This document shows positions 1-10,183 of a stretch of 59,344 nt of DNA, piece by piece. Both the position numbers and the translations under genes were made by a program. The stretch is from an uncultured Clostridia bacterium (GTDB taxonomy: Bacteria > Bacillota > Clostridia > TANB77 > CAG-508). The stretch lies in assembly GCA_934132805.1 (NCBI GenBank), contig CAKPAB010000002.1:1-59344 (forward strand), given 5' to 3'. The notes beneath the pieces were generated by a model that saw only the letters and a program-made list of their open reading frames with translations, was not told the origin of the DNA and made no database searches. The stretch's first letter is position 1. Each line of letters starts with the position of its first letter.

Positions 1-1230
1 ACAGTTGAAGCTATAAACCATGCAAAATCAGCAGGAATACCAATTATAGTTGCAATAAACAAAATAGATTTACCAGACGCAAATGTTGATAAAGTAAAAC
101 AAGAATTGATGAACTATGAACTAGTACCAGAAGAATGGGGAGGAGACACAATATGTGTACCAATCTCTGCTAGAAATAATGTCAACATAGACCAATTACT
201 AGAAATGGTATTACTAGAAGCAGACGTATTAGAATTAAAAGCAAATCCAAACAAACAAGCAAAAGGTGTTGTAATAGAAGCAAGACTAGACAAAGGAAAA
301 GGAGCAATAGCAACAATGCTTGTACAAAGAGGAAAACTAGACGTAGGAGACACAATAATTGTAGGCTCATCAATTGGTAGAATAAGAGCAATGACAAACG
401 AAAACGGCAAAAAAGTAAAATCAGCAGGACCATCAACACCGGTAGAAATAATGGGATTAACAGAAGTACCAGAAGCTGGAGAAACATTCTATGAAGTAAA
501 AGACGAAAAAACAGCAAAACACCTAATAGAAAAAAGAAAACGTGAAGCTAGAGAAAAAGCATTTGGAGCAACAACAAAAGTTACACTAGACAACTTATTT
601 GAACAAATGGAAGAAGGAAACTTAAAAGTATTAAACTTAATAGTAAAAGCAGATGTACAAGGATCTGTAGAAGCTGTTAAACAATCAATGGAAAAACTAC
701 AAAACGAAGAAGTAAGAGTAAAAGTAATCCATGCAGCACCAGGAGCAGTAAACGAATCAGACGTAACACTTGCAAAAGTATCAAATGCAATAATCATAGC
801 ATTTAACGTAAGACCAATACCAGCAGCAAAAGAAATGGCAGAAAAAGAAGAAGTACAAATAAAACAATACTCTGTAATCTACCAAGCAATAGAAGAAGTA
901 GAAGCCGCTATGAAGGGAATGCTAGCACCAAAATACGAAGAAAAAGTAATAGGAAATGCAGAAGTAAGACAAACATTTAGAATATCAAATGTAGGAACAA
1001 TTGCAGGAGCTTATGTTCTATCTGGAAAAGTAGAAAGAAATGCTGGAGTTAGAGTCATAAGAGACAATGTTGTAATTCACGAAGGAAAACTTGCTACATT
1101 AAAGAGATTCAAAGACGACGCTAAAGAAGTAACAAAAGGCTTTGAATGTGGTATGCAAATAGAAAACTACAATGATATCAAAGAAGGAGACATCATTGAA
1201 GTATACATCATGGAAGAAATTAAGAGATAA
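1..1230 (+). CDS. infB: Translation initiation factor IF-2, C-terminal part (5' end lies outside the window)
   Basis: The frame is open from base 1 ([32 protein letters not shown]...), upstream of the tracked Met at 106. The C-terminal IF-2 domains are recognisable, and rbfA/nrnA/truB follow as in the Firmicute nusA-infB operon. Confidence 0.95.
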   Translation, partial: TVEAINHAKSAGIPIIVAINKIDLPDANVDKVKQELMNYELVPEEWGGDTICVPISARNNVNIDQLLEMVLLEADVLELKANPNKQAKGVVIEARLDKGKGAIATMLVQRGKLDVGDTIIVGSSIGRIRAMTNENGKKVKSAGPSTPVEIMGLTEVPEAGETFYEVKDEKTAKHLIEKRKREAREKAFGATTKVTLDNLFEQMEEGNLKVLNLIVKADVQGSVEAVKQSMEKLQNEEVRVKVIHAAPGAVNESDVTLAKVSNAIIIAFNVRPIPAAKEMAEKEEVQIKQYSVIYQAIEEVEAAMKGMLAPKYEEKVIGNAEVRQTFRISNVGTIAGAYVLSGKVERNAGVRVIRDNVVIHEGKLATLKRFKDDAKEVTKGFECGMQIENYNDIKEGDIIEVYIMEEIKR

Positions 1231-1231
1231 G

Positions 1232-1288
1232 AGGGATTGAGGGACGTTCCTTTTTCTCCCTTTTTGAAGGGATTAAGGGACATTCCTT
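1232..1288. repeat. Two direct copies of a 21-nt motif (AGGGATTrAGGGACrTTCCTT) immediately after the infB stop
   Basis: Copies lie at 1232..1252 and 1268..1288 with 19/21 identity. They are G-rich islands in an AT-rich spacer. Confidence 0.6.
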
Positions 1289-1352
1289 GAGATTACGGAG
1301 CAACAAAACTCTAAATCTTGCTAAAATTTATATAACAAGGATGTGAAATAAG

Positions 1353-1637
1353 ATGACAAATAAACATCAAATTCAAAAAGATTTTTATACAAAAATGAGT
1401 GGATGGAAAGAAAGCATTAAAGTAGATAGTGGAACAAAACAACATATTCAAGAAATACTGAAATCAAACCAAGCATCATATGAAAAAATTAAAAATAAAA
1501 GTAAAAAAATATCAATAGAAGAATTAGAAAACTCAGAATATATGGAAGCATCAATAAAAATTGATGAGAAAATTGAGCAAGCAAAAAGAAAACAAGCAAA
1601 AGCTTTAAGAGAGGCACAATACGATATGTATAGATAA
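1353..1637 (+). CDS. Hypothetical small Lys/Glu-rich protein (94 aa)
   Basis: An ORF with an upstream AGGATG-type purine tract. It sits where DUF503/ylxP-type genes lie in other Firmicutes, but I recognise no motif. Confidence 0.4.
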   Translation: MTNKHQIQKDFYTKMSGWKESIKVDSGTKQHIQEILKSNQASYEKIKNKSKKISIEELENSEYMEASIKIDEKIEQAKRKQAKALREAQYDMYR

Positions 1638-1654
1638 AAAGGAGGTAGAAAAAA

Positions 1655-2008
1655 TTGCCTAAAAAAAACAATAATAGAATGGGACGTATTGACGAAGAAT
1701 ACAGAAAAGAACTAAGCCAAATCATAGGTTTTGAATTAAAAAATTCAAGCATCACAGGAATGATAAGTGTTACAAAAGTAAAAGTAACATCAGATTTAAA
1801 ATATGCAAAAGTATATGTAAGCATTTATAATTCAAAAAATATAAAAGAAACAATGGAAGGGCTTAAAAAATCATCTGGCTATATAAGAACAGAATTGGCA
1901 AAAAGAATAAACTTAAGAAATACGCCAGAATTAATATTTGAAATAGATGACTCAATGGAATATGGAGCAAAAATAGATGCAATACTAAAAGAAATAAACT
2001 GTCAATAG
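1655..2008 (+). CDS. rbfA: Ribosome-binding factor A
   Basis: RbfA-like sequence (RIDEEYRKELSQII...VTKVKVTSDLKYAKVYVS) in the conserved position after infB. The start is either TTG at 1655 after GGAGG or ATG at 1679. The stop codon lies inside a palindromic repeat copy. Confidence 0.85.
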   Translation: MPKKNNNRMGRIDEEYRKELSQIIGFELKNSSITGMISVTKVKVTSDLKYAKVYVSIYNSKNIKETMEGLKKSSGYIRTELAKRINLRNTPELIFEIDDSMEYGAKIDAILKEINCQ

Positions 2009-2093
2009 GGACGCCCCTTTTTGACAAGTTAAAAAGTTGTCAAATAAGCCCGTCCCTATTGACAGTTGTCAAATAGGCCCGGCCCTAATGACA
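2000..2093. repeat. Array A of the TGTCAA..GGGnCGnCCC..TTGACA palindromic element (3 copies)
   Basis: Copies at 2000..2026, 2038..2064 and 2067..2093. Each is an ~11-bp inverted repeat around a GC core. Confidence 0.9.
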
Positions 2094-2108
2094 GAAATGG
2101 AGAAAATT

Positions 2109-3065
2109 ATGACTTTAGATAATATATTAGAAGAAATAAAAAAAGCTGAAACAATAGTAATAATGGCACATGAAACACCAGATGGTGATGCAATTGGAAG
2201 TTGCTTGGCAATGAAATCAGCATTAAAACAAATAGGGAAAAATGCGGATGTAATAATAAAAGAAGTTCCAAAAATATTCGATTTTCTACCAGGAAGAGAA
2301 GAAATAAAAATAGATTCAGATGTAGAAAGATATGACTTAGCAATAAGCTTAGACTGTGCAGATTTCAAAAGATTAGTAGGAAGCGAATATTTTGAAAAAG
2401 CAAAACAAACAATAGTGATAGATCACCATAGTAGCAATAAAATGTATGGAGATATCAATTTTGTAAACCCAGTTGCGCCAGCATGTTGCCAAATTTTAAT
2501 TGGAATGTTTCAGTATTTTAATATAAATATAGACAAAGAATTAGGAACATGTATATTAACAGGAATTATTACAGATACAGGAGGTTTCAGGTATTCAGGA
2601 GTAACACCGGAAACATTTGAGTTTACAGCAGAATTACTAGAAAAAGGAGTAAATGTTTCAGACATCTATAAAAGAGTACTAGACACAAAAACAAAAGCAA
2701 ATTTTGAACTTATGAAAAGAACAATAGACAGAATGGAATTTTTGAAGGATGGAAAAGTTACTTTTACATATATAACAAGTAAAGATTTACAAGAAGTAGA
2801 TGCAAAAATAGGAGATCATGAAGGTTTGGTAGAAATAGGAAGAGACGTTGAAGGCGTTGAAGTATCTATTTTCATAAGACAAAAAGATGAAGAAGAAAAT
2901 ACATACAAAGTGTCTATGCGTTCAAATGACTATGTAAATGTTTCTGATGTATGCATGATGTTTGGTGGCGGAGGACATGAAAAGGCTGCAGGATGTGTTA
3001 TCCAAGGAGACATCGAACAAGTAAAAAATAAAATAGTAAAAGAATTAGAAAAAGTATTAAAATAA
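2109..3065 (+). CDS. nrnA: DHH/DHHA1 phosphoesterase (bifunctional oligoribonuclease / pAp phosphatase NrnA type)
   Basis: Motifs HETPDGDAIGS, DHH (VIDHHSSN) and GGGGHEKAAG. I placed the start at ATG 2109 (GGAG 6 nt upstream). ATGs at 2088 and 2097 are possible. The tracked start at 2037 reads through the repeat array. Confidence 0.85.
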   Translation: MTLDNILEEIKKAETIVIMAHETPDGDAIGSCLAMKSALKQIGKNADVIIKEVPKIFDFLPGREEIKIDSDVERYDLAISLDCADFKRLVGSEYFEKAKQTIVIDHHSSNKMYGDINFVNPVAPACCQILIGMFQYFNINIDKELGTCILTGIITDTGGFRYSGVTPETFEFTAELLEKGVNVSDIYKRVLDTKTKANFELMKRTIDRMEFLKDGKVTFTYITSKDLQEVDAKIGDHEGLVEIGRDVEGVEVSIFIRQKDEEENTYKVSMRSNDYVNVSDVCMMFGGGGHEKAAGCVIQGDIEQVKNKIVKELEKVLK

Positions 3066-3120
3066 AAAAACGGGATTTTGTGTAGTGGCTCATTAGTCCC
3101 GGTTTTTTAGAAAGGAAAAT

Positions 3121-4008
3121 ATGGACGGAATAATAGTTATAAATAAAACAAATGGATGCACATCACATGATATTGTATATAAAGTCAAAAAAATGCTAAA
3201 CAAAAAAGTAGGACATACAGGAACACTAGACCCAATGGCAGAAGGAGTGCTACCCATACTAATAGGAAAAGGGACATTGCTTTCAAAATACCTAATAAAT
3301 CATGATAAGAAATACATTGTTGAATTACAATTAGGAATAAAAACAGACACAGCTGATTCTGAAGGGAAAATAATAGAAGAACAACAAGTCAACAAAAGCA
3401 TTTTAACCACCGAAAATATAACAAAAACATTACAAACATTTATAGGGAAACAAGAACAAATACCGCCAATATATTCAGCTATAAAAATAAATGGAAAAAA
3501 ACTATATGAATATGCCAGAAAAGGGCAAGAAGTCGAATTAAAACCAAGACAAATAGAAATCTATAATATAAAACTGATAGACTATTCGGCAGAAGAAAAA
3601 CAAATTAAATTTGAAGTATTTTGTGGTAAAGGCACATATATAAGAAGTTTATGTGAAGATATTGCTACTAAATTTGGAACAATTGGATATATGAAATCAC
3701 TTAAAAGAATGCAAGTTGGAGACTTTAAAATTGAAGATAGCATCACAATAGAAGAATTACAAAAAATAGTTGAAAATACTGAAATTGAAAATAGTGAACT
3801 AAAAAAACAAATAATACCAATAGAGAAAATATTTGAAAACACTCCCACAATCATATTAGACAATAGAAAATTAAGACTATTCTTAAATGGAGTAATGCTA
3901 GCACAAGCAAATAAAGATGGAGTTTACAAAATATATAATGAAAAAGATGAATTTATAGGAACAGGAACAATAAAAAACAATTTATTAAAAAGAGATATAA
4001 TAAAATAG
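3121..4008 (+). CDS. truB: tRNA pseudouridine(55) synthase
   Basis: GHTGTLDPMAEGVLPILIGKGT catalytic-Asp motif and the conserved operon position. Confidence 0.95.
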   Translation: MDGIIVINKTNGCTSHDIVYKVKKMLNKKVGHTGTLDPMAEGVLPILIGKGTLLSKYLINHDKKYIVELQLGIKTDTADSEGKIIEEQQVNKSILTTENITKTLQTFIGKQEQIPPIYSAIKINGKKLYEYARKGQEVELKPRQIEIYNIKLIDYSAEEKQIKFEVFCGKGTYIRSLCEDIATKFGTIGYMKSLKRMQVGDFKIEDSITIEELQKIVENTEIENSELKKQIIPIEKIFENTPTIILDNRKLRLFLNGVMLAQANKDGVYKIYNEKDEFIGTGTIKNNLLKRDIIK

Positions 4009-4010
4009 AA

Positions 4011-4052
4011 AAATGCATCATATATTAGAAGTAAATATATGATGCATTTTTT
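4011..4052 (+). terminator. Rho-independent terminator after truB
   Basis: Perfect 15-bp stem AAATGCATCATATAT / ATATATGATGCATTT with a 9-nt loop, followed by a T-run. Confidence 0.8.
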
Positions 4053-4069
4053 GAAATGGAGTTGATATA

Positions 4070-4915
4070 ATGGTTTATATAGAAAAAAATGACAAGCCTA
4101 CATTTATAGAAAAGATATTTTTAAAAATAAAAATCCAGAAAAACACAATAATAGTTCCTATAGAAGAAGATATGGAAGAAAAAAATATAGAAAAAATCGC
4201 TCAAAAGACACAAAAAATAATAAAGAAACTTTCAAACAGCAAAAAAATAATAATAAGTAGAAAGATTAAAAAAAATAGTAAATACATAAGCTATTTAAAC
4301 TCTTATGGAATGGATATATCAGATGGAAGGTGGCTTTTCAATATTCTGTTGGTAGACATTATAGATTTTATAGTAAAAAAACAAGAAATGAAAAAAGTTA
4401 ATATATCAGTACTTATAAACGATTTAAATGATATTGAATTTCAAAATATAAAATTATTGGCTCAAAAATATTCTACAATAAATATAGTTACAAATCATAT
4501 TAATAAATTCAAAAAACTAGAAAATGATTTGCAAAATGAAGGAATAATAGTAACAATTACAAATAATAAAAAAAAGAGTTTAATGAAATCACAGATAATT
4601 ATAAATATAGATTTTCCAAAAGAAATGCTTAATAAATATAGGGTTAATGAAAGTGCAACAATTGTCAATGTAAAAAGACCAATGAAAATTATGCAAAAAA
4701 GATTCGAAGGCATTACTGTAAATGATTATGAAATTAATTTTAATAGCGAAGTGTGCGACGAAAAATTTTTTAATAAAAAATATGATATGAAAGACTTATA
4801 CGAAGCAAGCATCTATAAAAAAAGCCCATTTATTGATTTACGAAGAAAAATAAAAAATGATAATGTAAGTATTAGCAAGTTATTTTTAAATAATGGAGAA
4901 TTAGAACAAATCTAA
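4070..4915 (+). CDS. Hypothetical Lys/Ile/Asn-rich protein (281 aa)
   Basis: A long ORF with coding-like periodicity. It occupies the slot where ribF usually follows truB. I recognise no motif. Confidence 0.5.
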   Translation: MVYIEKNDKPTFIEKIFLKIKIQKNTIIVPIEEDMEEKNIEKIAQKTQKIIKKLSNSKKIIISRKIKKNSKYISYLNSYGMDISDGRWLFNILLVDIIDFIVKKQEMKKVNISVLINDLNDIEFQNIKLLAQKYSTINIVTNHINKFKKLENDLQNEGIIVTITNNKKKSLMKSQIIINIDFPKEMLNKYRVNESATIVNVKRPMKIMQKRFEGITVNDYEINFNSEVCDEKFFNKKYDMKDLYEASIYKKSPFIDLRRKIKNDNVSISKLFLNNGELEQI

Positions 4916-5023
4916 AAAAGCAAAGATTTTTTTCAGTAAATTTCACGAAAAGCTTTTCTTTTTATAAAAAGTATACTATAATAAAGATATTAAAATGCAA
5001 AACATTGCAAGGGGGAAAATAAA

Positions 5024-7582
5024 ATGCCAAATAGTAGTAATAATGGTAGAAGAGCAAAACAAACAACAACAAGAAAAAAACAAAATAGAAACAAAACAAA
5101 CAACACAAACCAAAAAACGAGAACAAAAAAGAAAATAAACCCAAAATTCAAAATGTTCTTAAGAATATTATTAATAATATTCTTGTTAATATGTGTAGTA
5201 GGAGCAGGAGTAATAGCAGCAATGATGTTTGGCTTCTTTGGAGACGAATTTGAAATAACCAAAGATGAGCTAATAGTAGGAAGCTCAAACACAATAGTAG
5301 TAGACAAAGACGGAAAAGAAATAGCAAACTTAAGTAGTGACGAAAAAAGAAAAACCATATCACTAAGTGAAATGTCACCATATTTACCAAAAGCTTATAT
5401 TGCAATAGAAGACAAAAGATTTTATTCACACAATGGTGTAGACATAAAAAGAACAGCAGGAGCAATAATTGGAGCAGTAACTGGTAACTCATCATATGGA
5501 GGAAGTTCAATAACACAACAATTAGTAAAAAACATAACAAAAGACAAAGCAAGGTCAGGGGTAGCAGGTGTAGTAAGAAAAATGAAAGAATGGTCAAAAG
5601 CTGTACAAGTAGAAAGAATGATATCAAAAGACCAAATTCTTGAACTATACTTAAACATAATATTTGTAGGAGGAAATGAACTTCATGGAGTTGAACTAGC
5701 ATCACAATATTATTTTAACAAAAGTGCAAAAGACTTAGACTTAGCAGAATGTGCATTTTTAGCAGGAATAAACAACTCACCAAATGCATACAGTCCATAT
5801 GACACATCATTAGACCAAGAAAAAACAGCTAAATTAAGAAAAGAAAGAACACTAACAGTCCTAAAAGAAATGAAATCACAAGGAATGATAGAAAACGAAG
5901 ACGAATACAATGCAGCAGTAGCAAAAGTTGAAGCAGGTTTAACATTTGAAAAAGGATACACAGCAACATCAAACTACTCATATCATACAGATGAAACAGT
6001 AAAACAAGTTATAAAACAAGTAATGGACGAAAAAAATATTTCAGAAGATTTAGCCAAAAACTATGTATATGGAAGCGGTTTAACAATATACTCTACAGAA
6101 GACTCAACAATTCAAGCAAGAGTAGAAGAAGAATTTTCTAAGCAAAAATATCAAATTGTAGGTAGAGAAAAAAATGCAGATGGAACACTAAAAAATGACC
6201 ACACACAAGCAGGAATAGTAATAATAGATAACCAAACAAATCAAGTTGTAGCAGTAGGAGGAAACTTAGGTGAACAATCAGCAGCAGGATGGAACAGAGG
6301 AACACAGCTAACAAGACAAACAGGATCATCAATGAAACCATTAGCAGATATAGTGCCAGGTTTGCAAGAAAAAGTAATAACAGCAGCAACAATATATGAT
6401 GATGCAACAACAGACTTTGGTGGTGGATACAAACCAGGAGACTACAACACACCAAAAGGTTTAATAAATATAAGAAGTTGTATAAGAACATCTCAAAATA
6501 TACCAATGGTTAAATTAATGATGGAATTAACACCTAAAAAATCAATTGAATATTTAAAGAAAATGGGAATAACAACACTTGATGATACAGCAGATGCCAA
6601 CCCAGCACTATCAATAGGTGGTTTAAGCAAAGGAATTAGCCCACTAGAAATGGCAGGAGCATATGCATCAATAGCAAATGACGGAGTATACACAACACCA
6701 ATATTCTTTACAAAAGTAGTAGACAGTAGTGGAAATACAGTATTAACAGCAAATCAAGAAAAAACAAGAGTAATATCAGAGCAAAATGCTTATATAGCAA
6801 GATCAATTATAGAAGAGCCAGTAAAAAGTGGAGGTACAGCAACATACTGTTCAATTCCAGGAATGGAAACATGTGCTAAAACAGGATCAACTGATGATTA
6901 TGTAGATAGATGGCTTTGTGGAATGACACCATACTATACAGCAGCATGTTGGTTTGGATATGACAAAGGTCAAGAGCCATTAAAAAATTCAAAAGGAACA
7001 GTATACAGTGTAGATGGAAGAAACCCAGCAGGACAATTATGGTCAGCAATAATGAAAGATATTCATAAAAACTTATCAAATAAAAACTTTAATGTACCAT
7101 CAACAGGAATAGTAACAAAAACAGTATGTAAAGACACTGGATGTATAGCAACAACAACATGTACAAACACATACACAGAAACATTTACTACAGACAATGT
7201 GCCAGAAACATGCCAAGGACATGGAACTCAAAGAATATGTACAGCATCTGGAAAACTTGCAAATGAATACTGTCCAGAAGACCAAGTAAAAACTGTATCA
7301 TATGGAGGAGTAATACCAAAAGAACAACTAAAATTATGGAACACACTAAAACCTTCAAAACTATCTAGCGAAAAAATAGATGAAGTATGTACAATACATA
7401 CTAAAAAAGTAGAAGAAGAAAAACCAGCTACAAATACAAACACATCAAACTCAAACACAAATACAAATGCAGGCAACGAAAACAAAATAGATAACAACCA
7501 AACAATAGAAAATAAGCCAGCAGAAAACAACGCAACAACTAAGCCAGAAAAAAACGAAACTACAGATGAAACAACCGAATAA
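5024..7582 (+). CDS. Class A penicillin-binding protein (glycosyltransferase GT51 + transpeptidase), PBP1A family
   Basis: N-terminal TM segment; GT51 motifs EDKRFYSHNGVD, GGSSITQQLVKN and RKMKEW; transpeptidase SSMKP (SxxK) and KTGST. The C-terminal region is Cys-rich and ends in an Asn/Thr-rich tail. Confidence 0.9.
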   Translation: MPNSSNNGRRAKQTTTRKKQNRNKTNNTNQKTRTKKKINPKFKMFLRILLIIFLLICVVGAGVIAAMMFGFFGDEFEITKDELIVGSSNTIVVDKDGKEIANLSSDEKRKTISLSEMSPYLPKAYIAIEDKRFYSHNGVDIKRTAGAIIGAVTGNSSYGGSSITQQLVKNITKDKARSGVAGVVRKMKEWSKAVQVERMISKDQILELYLNIIFVGGNELHGVELASQYYFNKSAKDLDLAECAFLAGINNSPNAYSPYDTSLDQEKTAKLRKERTLTVLKEMKSQGMIENEDEYNAAVAKVEAGLTFEKGYTATSNYSYHTDETVKQVIKQVMDEKNISEDLAKNYVYGSGLTIYSTEDSTIQARVEEEFSKQKYQIVGREKNADGTLKNDHTQAGIVIIDNQTNQVVAVGGNLGEQSAAGWNRGTQLTRQTGSSMKPLADIVPGLQEKVITAATIYDDATTDFGGGYKPGDYNTPKGLINIRSCIRTSQNIPMVKLMMELTPKKSIEYLKKMGITTLDDTADANPALSIGGLSKGISPLEMAGAYASIANDGVYTTPIFFTKVVDSSGNTVLTANQEKTRVISEQNAYIARSIIEEPVKSGGTATYCSIPGMETCAKTGSTDDYVDRWLCGMTPYYTAACWFGYDKGQEPLKNSKGTVYSVDGRNPAGQLWSAIMKDIHKNLSNKNFNVPSTGIVTKTVCKDTGCIATTTCTNTYTETFTTDNVPETCQGHGTQRICTASGKLANEYCPEDQVKTVSYGGVIPKEQLKLWNTLKPSKLSSEKIDEVCTIHTKKVEEEKPATNTNTSNSNTNTNAGNENKIDNNQTIENKPAENNATTKPEKNETTDETTE

Positions 7583-7667
7583 AAGCAAAAAATGGCATAT
7601 GAACAAATTTACTGAAAAAATCTTTGATTTTTTCAGAATTGTTCTAATATAAAAAGGAGGAAGGATA

Positions 7668-9083
7668 TTGGATATATATTTTTATAATACACTTACAAGA
7701 AAAAAAGACAAATTTGAGCCATTAGATGCCAAAGAAATAAGAATATATTCATGTGGACCAACAGTATATAAAGATGCAACAATTGGAAATATGAGAACAA
7801 ACATATTCCAAGACATACTAAGAAGAACATTACGTTATAATGGATACAAAATAAAACATGCAATGAACATAACAGATGTAGGTCATTTGGTATCAGATGG
7901 TGACGAAGGTGAAGACAAAATGCTAAAATCAGCAAGAGAAGAACACAAAACACCACTACAAATAGCAGAACACTACACAAAGCTATTTTTTGACGACTTA
8001 AAAGCATTAAACATAGAAACACCAGAAATAGTATGCAAAGCAACAGAACACATAAGTGAAATGCTAGAATATGTAAAAAAATTAATAGAAAATGGATATG
8101 CATATGAAACATCAACAGCAATATATTTTGACATATCAAAATTAGACAAATATCCAATATTATCAAACTTAGATGTAGAAAAACAAAAAGCAGGAGCAAG
8201 AGTCGAAATAGATCCAGAAAAAAAGAATCCTCAAGATTTTGCACTATGGATAAAAGCACCAGAAAATCACTTAATGAAATGGGATAGCCCTTGGGGACCA
8301 AGCTACCCAGGATGGCACATAGAATGCTCTGCAATGGGGCAAAAATATTTAGGAGACCAATTTGACATACATACAGGAGGAATAGACTTAATACCAACAC
8401 ACCATGAAAATGAAATTGCACAAAGCAAAGGAAAATGTGGAAAAATACCAGCAAGATACTGGTTACATGGAGAATACTTGTTAATAAATGGTGGAAAAAT
8501 GTCAAAATCACTAGGAAATGTATATTTAGTAAAAGACATAAAAGAAAGAGGCTATGACCCAATAGTATACAAACTATTCAGCTACTCATGCCATTACAGA
8601 AACAAACTAAACTTCACTTGGGAAGGAATAGACGCAGCAGCAAAATCATTAGAAAGACTGCGCAACAGCTATCAATCAAATATAAATGGAACAGACGAAT
8701 TAACATATGAAGACAAGGAAAAATTAGCAAAAATAGAAGAAAACTTTCATAAAGCAATAAATGACGATTTAAACATGCCACTTGCAATGAGCTTCGTTTG
8801 GGAAGCAGCCAGATTTGAAAAGAAAAACCCAAAAGTAGCAAAAATACTTGCAAAATTTGATACAGTTTTAGGAATAAAAATTGATGAAATAAACTCAGAA
8901 AAAGAAGAAATTCCACAGGAAATATTAGACTTAGTAGAAAAAAGAAAAATTGCAAGAGAAAATAAAGACTGGGCAAAAGCAGATGAATTAAGAGATTTAA
9001 TAAAACAAAAAGGATATAATGTAAAAGACACAAAAAATGGAATGGAAATGTCAAAAGGGACGCCCCTTATTGACAGAAAATAA
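7668..9083 (+). CDS. cysS: Cysteine--tRNA ligase
   Basis: Class I signatures (GPTVY..TIGNMRT for HIGH, KMSKSLGN). TTG start after AGGAGG. The last 11 codons (SKGTPLIDRK*) are encoded by a palindromic repeat copy. Confidence 0.92.
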   Translation: MDIYFYNTLTRKKDKFEPLDAKEIRIYSCGPTVYKDATIGNMRTNIFQDILRRTLRYNGYKIKHAMNITDVGHLVSDGDEGEDKMLKSAREEHKTPLQIAEHYTKLFFDDLKALNIETPEIVCKATEHISEMLEYVKKLIENGYAYETSTAIYFDISKLDKYPILSNLDVEKQKAGARVEIDPEKKNPQDFALWIKAPENHLMKWDSPWGPSYPGWHIECSAMGQKYLGDQFDIHTGGIDLIPTHHENEIAQSKGKCGKIPARYWLHGEYLLINGGKMSKSLGNVYLVKDIKERGYDPIVYKLFSYSCHYRNKLNFTWEGIDAAAKSLERLRNSYQSNINGTDELTYEDKEKLAKIEENFHKAINDDLNMPLAMSFVWEAARFEKKNPKVAKILAKFDTVLGIKIDEINSEKEEIPQEILDLVEKRKIARENKDWAKADELRDLIKQKGYNVKDTKNGMEMSKGTPLIDRK

Positions 9084-9157
9084 AAAAATTGTCAAAAGGG
9101 ACGCCCCTTTCTGACAGAAAATCAAAAAGTTGTCAAAAAAGGGCGGCCCTTTTGACA
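9049..9157. repeat. Array B of the palindromic element (3 copies)
   Basis: Copies at 9049..9075, 9090..9116 and 9131..9157, for example TGTCAAAAGGGACGCCCCTTTCTGACA. Confidence 0.9.
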
Positions 9158-9175
9158 AATTAGGAGGAATGAAAA

Positions 9176-10183
9176 ATGGCAATATTATTACCAGGAGGAG
9201 CAGGATTTATAGGAAGTCACACTGCAGTAGAATTATTAAATAAAGGAAGAGAAATAGTTATAATAGATAACTTCTCAAACAGTACACCAAAATCACTAGA
9301 GGCAATTAAAAAAATAACAGGAAAAGACTTTAAATTCTATGAAATGGACTATATGGACAGAGAAAAACTAGAAAGAGTATTTGAAGAGAACAATATAGAA
9401 GCAGTAATAAATTTTGCAGGATATAAAGCAGTAGGAGAATCAGTACAAAAACCAATAGAATATTACACAAACAATATTTCAGGAGCATTAGTAGTTCTAG
9501 ATACAATGAGGAAATATGGATGTAAAAAATTTATATTCAGTTCATCAGCAACAGTCTACGGAGACCCAGAGAAAATGCCTATAACAGAAGATACACCAAC
9601 AGGAGGAACAACAAACCCATATGGAACAACAAAATTATTTATAGAACAAATATTAAAAGATATTTATAAATCAGATAACACATGGGATATATGCATATTA
9701 AGATACTTCAATCCAGTAGGAGCACATGAAAGTGGTTTGATTGGAGAAGAGCCAAAAGGAATACCAAATAATTTAATGCCATATGTAGCAAGAGTTGCCG
9801 CTGGAACATTAAAAGAGCTATCAGTATTTGGCAATGATTATAACACACCAGATGGAACAGGTGTAAGAGATTATATACATGTTGTAGACTTGGCTAAAGG
9901 TCACATAAAAGCACTAGAAAAGCTTGAAAAGGAACAAGAGGGTCTATACATTTATAATCTTGGAACTGGTCATGGATATAGTGTTTTAGATATGGTAAAA
10001 GGTTTTGAAAAGGCTACAGGCAAGGAAGTTCCATATAAAATTGCACCACGTAGAGAAGGAGATATTGCTACTTGTTATGCTGATCCAACTAAGGCAAAAG
10101 AAGAGTTGGGATGGATTGCTGAAAAAAATATTGATGATATGTGCAAAGACAGTTGGCACTATATTGAAGAAAGCCAAAAGTAA
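9176..10183 (+). CDS. galE: UDP-glucose 4-epimerase
   Basis: GGAGFIGSH Rossmann motif, YGTTK catalytic YxxxK, and full-length GalE-like sequence. Confidence 0.9.
   Translation: MAILLPGGAGFIGSHTAVELLNKGREIVIIDNFSNSTPKSLEAIKKITGKDFKFYEMDYMDREKLERVFEENNIEAVINFAGYKAVGESVQKPIEYYTNNISGALVVLDTMRKYGCKKFIFSSSATVYGDPEKMPITEDTPTGGTTNPYGTTKLFIEQILKDIYKSDNTWDICILRYFNPVGAHESGLIGEEPKGIPNNLMPYVARVAAGTLKELSVFGNDYNTPDGTGVRDYIHVVDLAKGHIKALEKLEKEQEGLYIYNLGTGHGYSVLDMVKGFEKATGKEVPYKIAPRREGDIATCYADPTKAKEELGWIAEKNIDDMCKDSWHYIEESQK

Noticed and set aside
114-797. Minus-strand ORFs of 98-111 aa antisense to infB. The same pattern recurs along the window: 5148..5705, 7693..8562, 8614..9054, 25520..25969, 46290..46760, 50260..50868 and others.
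   Set aside because: They lie entirely inside strongly supported plus-strand genes. They encode Leu/Phe/Ser/Ile-rich low-complexity strings typical of the antisense frames of A-rich coding DNA. They have no RBS or motif.
2037-2108. N-terminal extensions of nrnA (from 2037), the class B PBP (from 50279) and the response regulator (from 52463) given in the ORF track.
   Set aside because: The extra codons are read straight through palindromic repeat copies (e.g. SNKPVPIDSCQIGPAL). Better starts with proper RBS spacing exist downstream at 2109, 50303 and 52481.
4921-7626. A 22/23-nt inverted repeat flanking the PBP1A gene: CAAAGATTTTTTTCAGTAAATTT at 4921..4943 against AAATTTACTGAAAAAATCTTTG at 7605..7626. 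I considered it as an invertible segment.
   Set aside because: No recombinase is nearby. The 2.7-kb segment is a whole housekeeping gene. Each copy is part of a local A/T-rich hairpin (CTGAAAAAATC...GATTTTTTCAG), so these are more simply two related terminator-like hairpins in opposite orientation. It is worth a read-orientation check but is not supported as a switch.
7583-7667. A T-box or other leader riboswitch upstream of cysS, and similarly upstream of glmM or trxA.
   Set aside because: The intergenic spaces are only about 30-85 nt and contain just a hairpin and the RBS. That is too short for a T-box or glmS-type element.
9049-9157. Possibility that the short repeat arrays are mini-CRISPRs.
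   Set aside because: The units are ~27-bp perfect palindromes with only 2-20-nt A-rich spacers and 2-4 copies per site. The sites are scattered, the copies are degenerate, and no cas genes are present in the window.
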